A stretch of 64,000 bases of DNA from Octopus vulgaris (GCA_951406725.2 OX597831.1:48546001-48610000), one strand, 5' to 3'. Counted from the first letter of the stretch, positions 1 through 12,330 are shown. Numbers and translations are program-made. Notes: generated by a model from the letters alone, not told the origin.

Positions 1-57
1 AAACCCAAAGTATTTTATAGAACATTTAAATAGTAAACTAAGAAGAAGACCATCACA

Positions 58-479
58 TCTATAAAAATAAACGCAAAATTCTGTCTGTCCGTCCGTCCGG
101 GATCCCTGTATCTCAGTCTCCATTTGCTCTACATAGACATATTATACCTTTTTGGAATCAGGATGATCCTGGAATTGAAAATCTGCCCTTTAATTGGTTT
201 TTTAACATCCAGCACTGGGATCAGGTCTGGGCGAGGATTTGTTATATGATAACAATTGAAAATTCAAATTTTAAAAGAACTCAAAAAATTTGTGAACTTA
301 TAAGTTTTTCATTCAAAATGAATTTAAAGTAATATCATATTGGTAGGGTAATGCTATATTGGTAGGGTACCAATAAATGCTTTATTATAATTGCCCTCTT
401 AAGTTTTGCGCCACAGACCCAGTTAGCCCTCCAAAGGAACTCACTTAAACGTCTGCATGGAGTGTGGCTTTTAAGCTAG
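58..479 (+). mobile_element. Non-autonomous Helitron
   Basis: 5' TC (A|TCTATAAAAATAAACG followed by CTGTCTGTCCGTCCGTCC); 3' CTAG|T at 476-480, preceded by a CpG-decayed hairpin CTGCA-TGGAG-TGTGG; inserted between A and T with no TSD. Confidence 0.7.
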
Positions 480-495
480 TATATTATATGTGAAT

Positions 496-625
496 ATGTG
501 TGTTTCTGCATGAGTGTGTGTATGTGTGTGAGTGTGGTGGCAGTGGAGTGTGTGTGTATGTGTGCGTGTGTGTGTGTGTGTGTGGTGGCAGTGGTGTGTG
601 TGTGTGTGAGTGTGTGGTGGCAGTG

Positions 626-656
<31 letters not shown>

Positions 657-808
657 GTGGCAGTGGTGTGTGTGTGTGTGTGAGTGTGTGGTGGCAGTGG
701 TGTGTGTGTGTGTGTGTGAGTGTGTGGTGGCAGTGGTGTGTGTGTGTGTGTATGTGTGCATGCGTGTGTGTGTGCATGCGTGTGTATGTGTGTGTGAGTG
801 TGTGTGTA
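496..808. repeat. (GT)n microsatellite punctuated by a recurring GTGGTGGCAGTG unit (compound minisatellite)
   Basis: Six copies of GTGGTGGCAGTGG separated by GT tracts. Confidence 0.9.
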
Positions 809-1426
809 CATACACATTTAGGAAGGGTTGTTGACACTTCTTGTCAATAAGTCATCTGCTCACCTCATGCCTTTTGAAGTCAAGTCAAATAAAAGATCCC
901 TTACTTGAAAAACAGTTAAGGGTTAGCTTCAGGAAGGGCATCTGCCTGAATAAATGCCTTAACAACATATTTGCTCAACTCATGCTAGCATAGAAAAATG
1001 AACATAATAATGAAATGAAACTAAATTATATAAATAATATATAATGATGCTGACGATGATGAAACTGTCACCTTCATCACCCTCACCCCTCACCATACCC
1101 ACCTGGCAACCCATCTATTACATCACTTTTTATCACTTTTGTTATTTTTTGCTCCTTTCATATGTCTGTTTTTCTGACCATCTCTCTCTATAGATGGAAA
1201 TGTACATATATTGTTACTAATTAGATTTTTGTCTTTACATTTGAGTTCAAATTTTCCCAAGGTTGACTTCATTTTTCATCCTTTCGAGGGTCTTAAAATA
1301 AGTACCTGTTGAGCACTGGGGCCGACGTAATTGACTTGGCCCCTCCCCTAAAATTGCTGGCCTTGTGTCAAAATTTGAAACCAATTAGGTTCTGGCACAT
1401 TTTCTTTCCTTTGGCAAAACAAGATA

Positions 1427-1638
1427 CGAGGTTGGTGTTGAAAACTACTTGGCTTTAAGGGTATCATGAAAGGCCTGGTTGGAGGCCCAACCTTCCAAGT
1501 TTTTTGACAGGGCTTAGAAAAACTGAAGGATTGCTGCTACAAGTGTGTGAATATGAGAAGGGAAAATGTTGTATAAGATCATAATTAACTGATCCTCCTG
1601 TATTTTCCCAAAGCCAAAAACTTTTAAGCACCCTCTCA
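1427..1638 (+). mobile_element. Mariner-derived MITE
   Basis: TA|CGAGGTTGGTGTTGAAAACTACTTGGCTTT ... AAAGCCAAAAACTTTTAAGCACCCTCTC degenerate TIRs; the interior translates as WLEAQPSKFF*QGLEKLKDCCYKCV, resembling a mariner C-terminus; a matching lone TIR lies at 40249-40287. Confidence 0.7.
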
Positions 1639-1759
1639 GTTATTTGTTGAATTTTTTTGTTTTAATAAAGCATGTACACATGCACACCTGCACACACACA
1701 CACACATATGCATACACACACATGTGCATACACACACACACTTTCATATATACCTACCC

Positions 1760-1960
1760 TAGGCACAAGGCCCGAAATGTTTGGGAAGGGGGTTGGTCGA
1801 TTAGACCGATCCCAGTGCACAAATCGTACTTAATTTATCGACCCTGAAAGGATGAAAGGCAAAGTCAACCTTGGCGGAATTTGAACTCAGAACGTAAAGA
1901 CAGACAAATTACTACTAAGAACTTTGCCCGGTGTGCTAACATTTCTGCCAGATCGCTGCC
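1760..1960 (-). mobile_element. SINE family B (tRNA-derived; TTTCATCCTTTCGGGGTCGATAAATTAAGTACCAG central domain)
   Basis: Reverse complement of the copy at 5761-5975; about 20 related copies in the window (e.g. 1210-1385, 11779-11992, 20500-20675, 35178-35420, 42145-42360, 62565-62782, 63595-63800). Confidence 0.85.
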
Positions 1961-2030
1961 AGTTGTATTCTTGAGCAAAATACTTCATTTCACGTTGCTC
2001 ATGTCGACTCAGCTGCCAAAATTGGGTAAT

Positions 2031-2213
2031 AGGTGCAGGAGTGGCTGTGTGGTATGTAGCTTGCTTACCAGCCATATGGTTCCAGGTTCAGTCCCACTGT
2101 GTGGCACATTGGGCAAGTGTCTTCTACTATAGCCTCGGGCCGACCAATGCCTTGTGAGTGGATTTGGTAGACGGAAACTGAAAGAAGTCCATCGTATATA
2201 TATGTATATATGC

Positions 2214-2247
<34 letters not shown>

Positions 2248-2464
2248 ATATACTTTGTGTGTCTGTGTTTGTCCCCCTGACATCACTTGACAACCGATGC
2301 TGGTGTGTTTAAGTCCCTGTAACTAAGCGGTTCGGCAAAAGAGACCAATAGAATAGATACTAGGCTTACAAAGAATAAGTCCTGGGGTTAATTTGCTCGA
2401 CTAAAGGTGGTGCTCCAGCATGGCCACAGTCAAATGACTGAAACAAGTAAAAGATTAAAAGAGT
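2031..2464 (+). mobile_element. SINE family A, full length (tRNA head, CORE-like TTGGGCAAGTG block, internal TA/TG microsatellite, AAAGAGT tail)
   Basis: A box TGGCTGTGTGG, B-box-like GGTTCAGTCCC; colinear with 50686-51154 and 57251-57662; probably one of the octopus OK/OR SINE families (family identity not verified). Confidence 0.9.
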
Positions 2465-2715
2465 ATATACGAAATTTATAGCGCTCTCAAAGTACATCAC
2501 TGAGCACTTTGCCAGATTCCTACTTTCAGGATGCATTCCTGATATATATTTTCCAAAATAAGTAGATTATTAGTTCTGAAAATATCTAAAAGTGAATTAG
2601 ATGCTGCAATCTAGCCATTAATTCTACACAAATATTGTATGATTGAATTCTGTAACAAATAAATCAAATATCTGTTTATTCATTCTTTTCTTTTGCTTTC
2701 TTCTCATGAACATAT

Positions 2716-3147
2716 CTTTTATCTTTTATTTGTTTCGGTGATTAGATTGTGGCCATACTGGGGCAATGCCATAAGGAATTACAATCAAACGAGTCATCTC
2801 CAGCCCACCCCACTCAAAACTTACTTGTCTGTTTTTCAAGCCTCGTACTTATACTCTTGGTCTCTTCTGCTGAAATGTTAAATTGTGGGGTTGTAAATAC
2901 ACCAACACTAGTTGTCAAGTGGTGATGGGAGACAAACACTGACACAAAGACACATGCACACATGCATGCACACAAACACACATGTGCACATATACATACA
3001 ACAGGCTTCTTTCACCCTCTGTCTACCATATCCCCACACAATGTGCTGCACAGCCTGGGGGTATGGTACAAAACATGTGCCATGCACTACGATTGAACCA
3101 AGAACCATGTGGTTGGGAAACAAACTTCCTACCACAGAGCCATGCAT
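2716..3147 (-). mobile_element. SINE family A, diverged
   Basis: Reverse-complement head (GAACCATGTGGTTGGGAAACAAACTTCCTACCACA) and tail (TTTGTTTCGGTGATTAGATTGTGGCCATACTGG). Confidence 0.75.
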
Positions 3148-3162
3148 GCAATTTTATATATA

Positions 3163-3425
3163 TCATCATCATCATCATCATCATCATCGTTTAACGTCCG
3201 CTTTCCATGCTAGCATGGGTTGGACGGTTCAACTGGGGTCTGGCAAGCCCGAAGGCTACACCAGGCCAGTCAGATCTGGCAGTGTTTCTACAGCTGAATG
3301 CCCTTCCTAACGCCAACCACTCCGAGAGTGTAGTGGGTGATTTTATGTGCCACCGACACAGGTGCCAAACGAGGCTGGCAGACGGCCACGCTCGGATGGT
3401 GTTTTTTATGTGCCACCGACACAGA
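3163..3425 (-). mobile_element. Interspersed family D ((GAT)n-tailed retroposon)
   Basis: (CAT)n then CGTTTAACGTCCGCTTTCCATGCTAGCATGGG...TTTCTACAGCTGAATGCCCTTCCTAACGCCAACC; reverse complement of 13070-13468. Confidence 0.8.
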
Positions 3426-3441
3426 TGTATGTATATATATA

Positions 3442-3519
<78 letters not shown>

Positions 3520-3568
3520 CATATACATGTATATATACATATATTTATATTTACAGACATATATCTAT

Positions 3569-3970
3569 AAATACAAAATAGGGCAAGAATACAAAACATC
3601 CAGACAACTAGGTGATACAAAAAGGGACAAAACATTCAGATACATGATACAAAAAAAAACAAGAATGGGTCATTTGAATTCATGTAACATAGTCTGTTTT
3701 TCCATCCTTGTTTTCGTATACATTCAATGCTTTCTTCCAAGGAATCTAATGCTCTTAGCTTAGTTTTTCCTTGGGGCTGGCCAGATTGGAACAATCTCAA
3801 TATTAATCAGCCGAAATTGCAAGGATGATCTGGTTCTTGACTGAGGATAGAAAGCTTCGAATGACCTATCCTTGTTTTTTGTATCGTCTATCTGGATGTT
3901 TCGTTGTCCCTTTTTGTATCACCTAGTTGTCTGGATGTGTTGCGTTCTTGTCCCATTTTGCATTTTTTAT
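3569..3970. mobile_element. Short insert in (TA)n with ~110-bp inverted ends (Penelope-like 3' end plus inverted copy)
   Basis: 3569-3677 is the reverse complement of 3858-3970; the same family end recurs at 22850-22955; both sides flanked by (TA)n. Confidence 0.6.
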
Positions 3971-4018
3971 ATATATATATATATATATAGCGGTATACGT
4001 ACACTCTGTTCTCCTATG

Positions 4019-4059
<41 letters not shown>

Positions 4060-4747
4060 ACACACATATATATACATATATATATATATTTATATGTATA
4101 TAGATGTGTCTGTGTATGTGCACATATATGTAAATACTTTAATATATATATTTGCAAATCCTATATATAATACTTAAAACATACACACATATGTATACAT
4201 AAAATAAAACTGGTGTGTTTGAGCATAGATTATGTAGTAACATCAACTTGCATTTCATTAACAATAATATTCATTATAAAAGCAAAAACTTTATACGCAG
4301 GTTATGCTATCAAATCTTCAGAGATAGTGCAATACTGCCTGATGTTCGTTTTAATCTTAAAGCTTATTTATGTGTGTTGTACAATCTCTGAAAATTTGAT
4401 AATGTAATTTATTTATGCTTTTTCTGACATTATTGATATTATTATTAATGAAATACGTGCAAGATATGTAACTAAAAAATTACGATCAAACTCTCACATG
4501 TTTTTCTCTGTATGGACTCTGTGAACTTTCTGACTATGGAGACCTGTGAAAGGAAACATTTACAATAATACGGGACGTTTAAGCTAAATTTGACAATTTT
4601 TCATGTCACCCCATTTTAGGAACAGTTTGATAGTCAGTGGCATTAGAGAGCATTAAGATTAAAGCTGTAGTTAAGAAAAAGTCAACTGACATGGACGACT
4701 AGAAACTGTCCAAATATTGGGAAAGACTTTCATTTATTGCAAAGATA

Positions 4748-5120
4748 GGTATAGAAGTGACTGCGTGGTAAGTAGCTTTCTTATGAACCACATGGTTCCG
4801 GGTTCAGTCCCACTGTGTGGCACGTTGGGTAAGTGTATTCTACTATAGCCTCGGGCTGACCAAAGCCTTGTGAGTGATATATGTATGGGTGTGTGTATAT
4901 GTTTGTGTGTCTGTGTTTGTCCCCCCAACATCGCTTGACAACAGATGCTGGTGTGTTTACGTCCCCATAACTTAGCAGTTCGGTAAAAGAGACTGATAGA
5001 ATAAGTACTAAGCTTACAAAGAATAAGTCCTGGGGTCAATTTGCTTGACTAAAGGCAGTGCTCCAGCATGGCCACAGTCAAATGATTGAAACAAGTGAAA
5101 GAGTAAAGAGTAAAGAGAGT
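4748..5120 (+). mobile_element. SINE family A with internal deletion
   Basis: Head, CORE-like block and tail match 2031-2464; the GGATTTGGTAGACGGAAACTG segment is missing. Confidence 0.85.
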
Positions 5121-5195
5121 ATTCATCCAGTTTATGAAAAACACCAACAACAAATGCTCTGTGAACACTGTCAAGGCTGTAAGACATGATATGTA

Positions 5196-6064
5196 CATCA
5201 TGAAAACCAAGTTATACCCCAAACAGGAACTACAAAGCCATGGCCAGCAGGAAGGGGCAGAGAAAGCATTATGACGGCAATGTCATGCTGTCCCAAATCA
5301 TTGAGCATGGCCTAAAAATCACTTCAGATGGCTATGTGAAGCTGATGGAGATTGTAGTCAAACCCTGGCAGAAGAAGGATGCTTCTGGAAGGCCATATGT
5401 GTGGCAGCAGGATTCAGCTCATTACCATACTTCTAGAAAGGGCCAGAAGTGATTGTCAGAGAATTTTTACAACTCCATCAATCCCAGTTTCTGGCCTACT
5501 AATTACCCTGATTGTAATCCCATGGATTATTATGCATGGAGTATGGTTGAGAAAGACTACAACCGCCCTGCCTGCAGCACTAAGACCAAACAGGTGGCCA
5601 AGATCTACAAGGTGTTCAAAGATTTTCCCAGGGATGTAGTGAGGAATGCATATACCAGATTCAGGAGCTGTCTTGAGGCTGTAATGCAAGCTGAGAGTGG
5701 CTACTTTGAAGAAACTTTTGTCTCCCAGCCATAATCAAATCAATATATTTTGATGTTTTAAGGTGGCGAGCTGGCAGAAACATTAGCACGCTGGCCAAAA
5801 TGCTTAGCGGTATTTCATGTCTTTACGTTCTGAGATCAAATTCTGCCAAAGTCAAATTTGCTTTTCATCCTTTCAGGGTCAATAAATTAAGTACCAGTTG
5901 CGTACTGTGGTCGATCTAATCAACTGGCCCCCTACCCAAAAATTTTGGGCTTTGTGCCTAGAGAAGAAAAGAATATTTTTTGATGTCTTAAAATGCTTTT
6001 ATTTCTGAATGGGACATTTTCTTTTCCTTATGCATACTGCCAAATTTAACCCAAACACCCTGTA
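5196..6064 (+). mobile_element. Decayed Tc1/mariner maT-type (DD37D) transposon, 3' part
   Basis: YVWQQDSAHYHT...*...FWPTNYPDCNPMDYYAW with 37 positions between the last two catalytic D (counting one in-frame stop); right end AACCCAAACACCCTG|TA (TACAGGGTG-type TIR). Confidence 0.85.
5761..5975 (+). mobile_element. SINE family B nested in the maT element
   Basis: AGGTGGCGAGCTGGCAGAAAC head; approximate TSD ATATTTTGATGTTTTA / ATATTTTTTGATGTCTTA. Confidence 0.85.
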
Positions 6065-6293
6065 CATAAGTTCTTCTTTGAAGCTGTCCATTAAGATATA
6101 TGAGGTGCATGGTTATATATTATTCACTACTAGAGATATGTCATACTATTTAAATCAAATCACCTCAGTTATATGTATATATATATATATATATAATAAT
6201 AAATATTAGGGAATAAATTCAAACTTACAGGGAAAAATCAGATTTAGGATTGAAGAGTTCATTGTTTAAACCTCGCAAAGAAAAATATTTAAA

Positions 6294-6360
6294 CCACCTG
6301 ATGAATGACTGCGACTCAAAAATTTGAAGATGTTAGCAGGCATGAAACGATTGTAGCGTG
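6294..6360 (+). ncRNA. Type I hammerhead ribozyme motif (extended stem II) in a (TA)n-flanked insert, 6195-6488
   Basis: CTGATGA, stem II ATGACTGC/GCAGGCAT (7 of 8 pairs), GAAAC-GATT-GTA; stem I imperfect (CCAC/GCGTG). Confidence 0.6.
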
Positions 6361-6491
6361 ATATTAATAATATTTTTTTAATAATTTTGTTATATATTTA
6401 AATAATATAAATTAATCATATGTATTGGCTTAAGTTTTTCATTGTTTGATTTGCCTAATAGTGGTTTTGTCTCTAATTTAATATCATATAT

Positions 6492-6529
<38 letters not shown>

Positions 6530-6828
6530 GGAGAGAGAGAGAGAGAAACAGTAATGTTTCTATATACACATGCATACACACACATAAATATGCAAACACA
6601 CATAGAAGCACAAACACAAAGCTATAATTATAATAAAAATTAATTTCAACATTGTAATTTTCATCTATTAATGCTTGTATTTCATGTAATATGTGTGCTT
6701 GTATGTGTATGTGTGCATGTGTGTGTATTATATGTATATGTATGTATATATATATATATATGTATAAATATATGTGTGTGTGTGTATACACAAGTTTTTT
6801 TCATTCTCTCTGTTTATTTTCTCTTATT

Positions 6829-6866
6829 CCTTTCTGTTGAATAGCATAGGCTTGAAATATAAAAAA
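6829..6866 (+). ncRNA. Degenerate hammerhead motif, CTGTTGA family
   Basis: CCTTT-CTGTTGA-ATAGCATAGGCTT-GAAATAT-AAAAAA, a CpG-decayed homologue of 33199-33236; the host insert ends AACTATATATA. Confidence 0.45.
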
Positions 6867-8584
6867 CTTCTTCATTTTTCCCATGCATCAAACTAATACA
6901 CCTGCTTATTGTTCATACCCATGTCTTCATCTTTTGTTTTTCTATAAATTTCAACTATATATATATATATATAATTTGTCATGTGTTACATAACATTTTG
7001 CTCCAAATTCTACCACCTGAACATTTGCTGAAGACAGTATTAATGATATGAATTAATTATTAGATTCTTAAAGTTCACAGAAATAAGTGAGTGCATTCAG
7101 ACATGTAGCAATCATTTCATGCAAACAATTTGTTGAGTGAGGCAAACGTGAAATCACCATGTGTTCTCTCTATTAGTTCAATCTGTTCAAATTAACAGCC
7201 ATATCTCCCCTTAGAATATATCATATTGTGTTAAAAGAGGAAGAACACACCTTGTGTGACACAGCTGTAGATAGAGATACACTATGTCTTATTGAGTGGA
7301 TGATCACAGCTGGAAAAATCTTTTGAACGTAGCAAGGAACAAGGTTCGCTTTGGGTTGACTTGGAGCTTAACAATAACAATCATAAATAACTCCACCATC
7401 ATCACCGCAACCAGCATCACCACCGCCACCACCACCAACAAGAAGAAGTTATTTTTGGTCTGATGATAGCAAAAACAAAAAACAAACAGAGCTCTTGAGT
7501 TTTAGTTTCTTATTCCTTCATCATCATCATCATCATCATCATCATAATCGTCATCATCATAATTGTCGTCATCATTATCATCATCATGACCATCATGATT
7601 AATCATCATCATTGTCATGATCATGATCATAACCATGATTGTCATCGTCATCACCATCATCCTCATCATCATTGTTATCATTGCTGTCATCCTCCTCATC
7701 ATCATCGTCGTCATCATAATCATAATCGTTGCATGTTCACTTTTCCATGCTTGCATGGGTCAGATGGAATTTCTTGAGGCATAATTTTAATATCCATTTT
7801 GTAGCCAACTCTTTTCTATTTCCAGTCAAGGTAACCAACCTATCCCCTACCTCTAAATTACCAGCCTTGTACCAAACTTTGGAACCACTATATTATGCCT
7901 TCCAATCTAATTCTATTAGATTCAACACAGTCTCAGATCAAATCACTTGCCAGACAAATACATCTCTTAAACCTAGAGAAGGATTCAGGGTTAACAATTA
8001 TGTCTAAGGAAATAAAGAATGCTAAGGATTAATAACGTTTAACCAATATGTTTAAGGTTAACAAATGCTGCATGAGAAAGCCTTAATGATGTTTACAGAT
8101 TCTCACATTATTTTCTTACATAAAATTTGCGAAAAATGATTCTATGCTGTTCCAGTACATATAGAATAATAAGGTATATTCCTTGATAACCATAATGTTT
8201 TAAGCCAGAGGAATTTCTTTAGTATCCAGCATTCTACTGCACATCATCATTTGGTAATGCTTTATCAATAATTAATATGCTATTGTCATTTTTGTCAAGG
8301 TGAATAATGTTAAGCTTACTATATACTTCATAGCAGAATGTTTGAATGCTAAAGTTCCATATTATTTTCATATTGTCATTTTCTAAAATAGAGAGTGGTT
8401 ACTATGGTTACCAGAGAGTGATTTCTTGAAGCAGGTGAAATTTAGTGGTTAGATATATATAAGTGTAGCTTAGCTGTATTATTTTATTTTCAACTTGTAC
8501 ATTTTGTTGGAGATCGTCTAGGACACCTGGATATAAATGTGACACATAGTCTCAGAAAATGTTCCACACAGGTGAGTGTATTCT

Positions 8585-9215
8585 TTTACCTTTCACTTGG
8601 CTTCAGTCATTGGACTATGGTCATGCTGGGACATTGCCTTGCAAGGTTTTAGCTGAATAAATAGACCCCGGTACTTATATTTTTAAAGTTACATTTTAAG
8701 GGACTTGTTCTCTCAGTCTTTTTTGAAAAGTTACAGGAACATAAACAAACCAACACCAGTTGTCAAGTAGACAGTAGGACAAACACACAAACACACACAC
8801 ACACATACACACACACATACATGCACATACATGATAGGCTTATGTTTTAAGTAAGTTTGGTAATTATTTCTCAGTCTCTTTTGCCGAACCGCTAAGTTAC
8901 AGGGATATAAACAAACCAACACCAGTTGTCAAGCAGACAGTAAGACAAACACACAACCACACACACACACATGATGGGCTTATGTTTTAAGTAAGTTTGG
9001 TAATTATTTCTCAGTCTCTTTCATCAAACTGCTAAGTTACAGGGACATAAACAAACCAACACCAGTTGTCAAGCAGACAGTAAGACAAACACACACACAT
9101 ACACACACACACGTACACACACGTACACACACACACATTATAGGCTTATATTTAAAGTAAGTTTGATAAATATTTCTCAGTCTCTTTTGCCAAACTGCTA
9201 AGTTATGGGAACATA
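8585..9215 (-). repeat. SINE family A tail, locally triplicated (~150-165 bp unit)
   Basis: CATAAACAAACCAACACCAGTTGTCAAG...CTTATGTTTTAAGTAAGTTTGGTAATTATTTCTCAGTCTC repeated three times. Confidence 0.8.
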
Positions 9216-9415
9216 AAAGAGACAAAACAAAAATACAGCATAAGTACTTGTGTCAATTTGACCAACTACACCCTTCAGGGTGGTGCCCCAGCATGGCTAC
9301 AATCCATGGCCATGCTGGGTTAGTGTCAGGATTGAAAGATTTAGTCAAACTAGTAAGATATTAGTTAGTGTAATCCCTAGAGACATTACGTCCAACCAAT
9401 AAACAAAAGACAAAA

Positions 9416-9567
9416 GCGGCTGTATGGTAAGAAGCTTGCTTCCCAACCACATGATTCCGGGTTCAGTCCCACTGCTTGGCATCTTGGGGGAGTGTCTTCT
9501 ACTATAGCTTTGGGCTTTCCAAGGTCTTATGAGTGGATACGGTAGACAGAAACTGAAAGAAGCCTGT

Positions 9568-9618
<51 letters not shown>

Positions 9619-10090
9619 TGTTACATTACACAATAGTCAAGATAAAACTCTGAAACTCAGAGTTTTATCTTGACTATTGAGTAATGTAACATATTATTTT
9701 ATAGATAAATTTCCTCTATTTACATAATATTGAGGTCTCTTTCTTTCTTTTGTTATCTTACCGTTTTTACCAATATATATATATGTATGTATGTATGTAT
9801 ATGTATGTATGTATGTATGTATATGTATGTATGTATATGTATGTATATCTATGTGTATGTGTGTGTCTTTGTGTCTGTGTTTATCCATCCTACCCACCTC
9901 TACTGCTTGGCAACTGGTGTTGGTGTGTTTGTGTCACCATAACATAGCAGTTTGGCAAAACAGATCGATAGAATAAGCACCAGGCTTTAAAAGAAAATTA
10001 ATACTGGGGTTGATTCATTGTAATAAAATTTCAAGGAGGTGCCCCAGTATGGCCACAGTCTAATGACAGAAACAAGTAAAAGAATAAAAG
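9416..10090 (+). mobile_element. SINE family A interrupted in its internal (TA)n by a hairpin-ended insert (9610-9773)
   Basis: Head 9416-9570, tail 9860-10090; the insert matches 49078-49200 on the opposite strand. Confidence 0.8.
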
Positions 10091-10237
10091 AATATGATGA
10101 CAAAAAGATCATAGCTAGAATGTCTTTTCATTCTCAGTCTTCTTGATAAGAGCTGACCAGTGGCTACAAAAACAATAAAGCCAATTGTCGCTATCATTAT
10201 CCATCCATATACTTCTCCATCATCATCATCATCATTG

Positions 10238-10268
<31 letters not shown>

Positions 10269-10394
10269 TACTATTATCACTGTCATCATCATCATCATCG
10301 TCATCACTGTCATCATCATCCTTGCTGTTATTATCGTTGTCTTCGTCGTCAACATCAATAATTGTATTAACACTCAACAATCAACCTTACTAAA

Positions 10395-10466
<72 letters not shown>

Positions 10467-10467
<1 letters not shown>

Positions 10468-11045
10468 AGTCAAGACGAAGAGCGTGATTCGATTGTGATA
10501 GATATTTTATTGGTTGAACGATACTTCAACGGTAAGTCTGTCTTTGTCAAGTTCAAAATAAGAAGTGATAAAAATTCAAAATTATAGAAATTTAAACGTA
10601 AAGTATGAACGAGAACAACCAGCATCCACACGTTGATGGAATGACATCATCAGTTTTTAAGTTTCAATTTTATTTTATAAGAGGCGAAAAGAAAAACACA
10701 AAGAAACAAAAAAACGAAGACACCAGAAAAAAAAGGAAAGAAAAAAAGAGAGAAAAAAGAATATTTCATCAAAGAGTTTTGTATAAATTTGATGATATCA
10801 TCTTGTCATCTTATTCATTCCTCCAGGGCATCATGTTAATAACCTGCAAACATATTTCTCCTCATACATTCTGACAAGTGTGGACACTGGTTGCTCTCAT
10901 TCATAATTTACGTTTAAATTTCTATAATTTTGAATTTTTATCACTTCTTATTTTAAACTCGATAAAGACAACAGATTTACTGTTGAAATATCACTCAACC
11001 AATAAAATATCTATTACAATCGAATTGCGCCCTTCGTCTTCACTG
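10467..11045. mobile_element. MITE/foldback element with ~165-bp terminal inverted repeats
   Basis: 10467-10633 is the reverse complement of 10877-11045 (e.g. ATTCGATTGTGATAGATATTTTATTGGTTGA / TCAACCAATAAAATATCTATTACAATCGAAT). Confidence 0.75.
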
Positions 11046-11088
11046 TTTACCTTTGTGAAGAATTACGGCAATCCTTTTTTAAATACAG

Positions 11089-11119
<31 letters not shown>

Positions 11120-11413
11120 GATGATGATGATATTGGTTACAAATTTTGGCATAACGCTAGCTGGTTCAAGGAAGGGTTCAATCGATTACATCAACCCCAG
11201 TGATTTTGCTTGGATTGCTAATGCTTCTTCCAGCTCGCCACCTTAATGATGATGATGATGATGATGTTTTTGTGAAAGAAGTAATAATGATTTGCAATCT
11301 CCTTTATGATCATGATTACCATCATCATCATCATCATCATCAAAAGCAACAGCACTGTTTATTGACATAACTTATCAACTTCCATCGTTAACATCACGAT
11401 ATAATCTATGATA

Positions 11414-11450
<37 letters not shown>

Positions 11451-11691
11451 CGATTATGATGGATTCAGATTTCGGCACTTGGCCAATAATTTTTAAGAGA
11501 GGGACTAAGTCAATTACATTGACCCCAGTGCTTAAGTGATGCTTATTCCATCAACTCCATAAGGATGAAAGGCAAAATCAACTTCAGAAGAATTTAATTC
11601 TGAAAATGAAAAGCTGAGAGAAATTCTAAGCATCTTCTCTGACATGTTTACAATTCTGAGAGCTCACTGTTTTAATAATAATAATAATAAC

Positions 11692-11759
<68 letters not shown>

Positions 11760-11995
11760 TGATGATGATGATGATGATCCTTTCTACTATAGGCACAAGG
11801 CCTGAAATTTGGGAGAGGGGGGATAGTCGATTACATCGACCCCAATACTCAACTAGTACTTGATTTATCGACCCTGAAAGGATAAAAGGCAAAGTTGACC
11901 TCGGCAGAATTTGAACTCAGAATATAGCGGCAGACAAAATACCACTAATCATTTTGCCAGGTGTGCTAATGTTTCTGCCAGCTCACTGCCTTTCT

Positions 11996-12041
<46 letters not shown>

Positions 12042-12052
12042 TAATAATGATG

Positions 12053-12104
<52 letters not shown>

Positions 12105-12106
12105 AA

Positions 12107-12330
12107 ATAGCGGGATGAGCTACTCGACCTGAAGAAAATTCTAACTGGGCCCCCACCTGCAAGGTCATGCACTGTTGATCTTGATATGAGATCACTATGT
12201 TACACATATTTGGCTGTGATGCATGTGTCTGGTGTACCCTTTTCAGATGGGTAGTTTTGATGGGTAAACTGGGCTTTGTATATTTGTACCTCAGTGTCAC
12301 TTTGATGGCATGCCCTGCTCTCTCACTCAA
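12107..12330 (+). mobile_element. Non-coding retroelement 3' end embedded in (AAT)n
   Basis: Ends GATGGCATGCCCTGCTCTCTCACTC-(AAT)n; a second, shorter copy at 58468-58541 (-) has the same junction. Confidence 0.6.

Noticed and set aside
3841-3870. CTGAGGA...CGAATGACC as a hammerhead
   Set aside because: No GAAA and no convincing stem I; left unresolved
8519-8576. Plus-strand exon ending CAG|GTGAGT
   Set aside because: Good donor, but weak acceptor, no recognisable peptide and no partner exon
10529-10537. Strong donor ACG|GTAAGT with CCAAT motifs in a CpG-richer region (apparent promoter or first exon)
   Set aside because: Lies within the terminal inverted repeat of the 10467-11045 element
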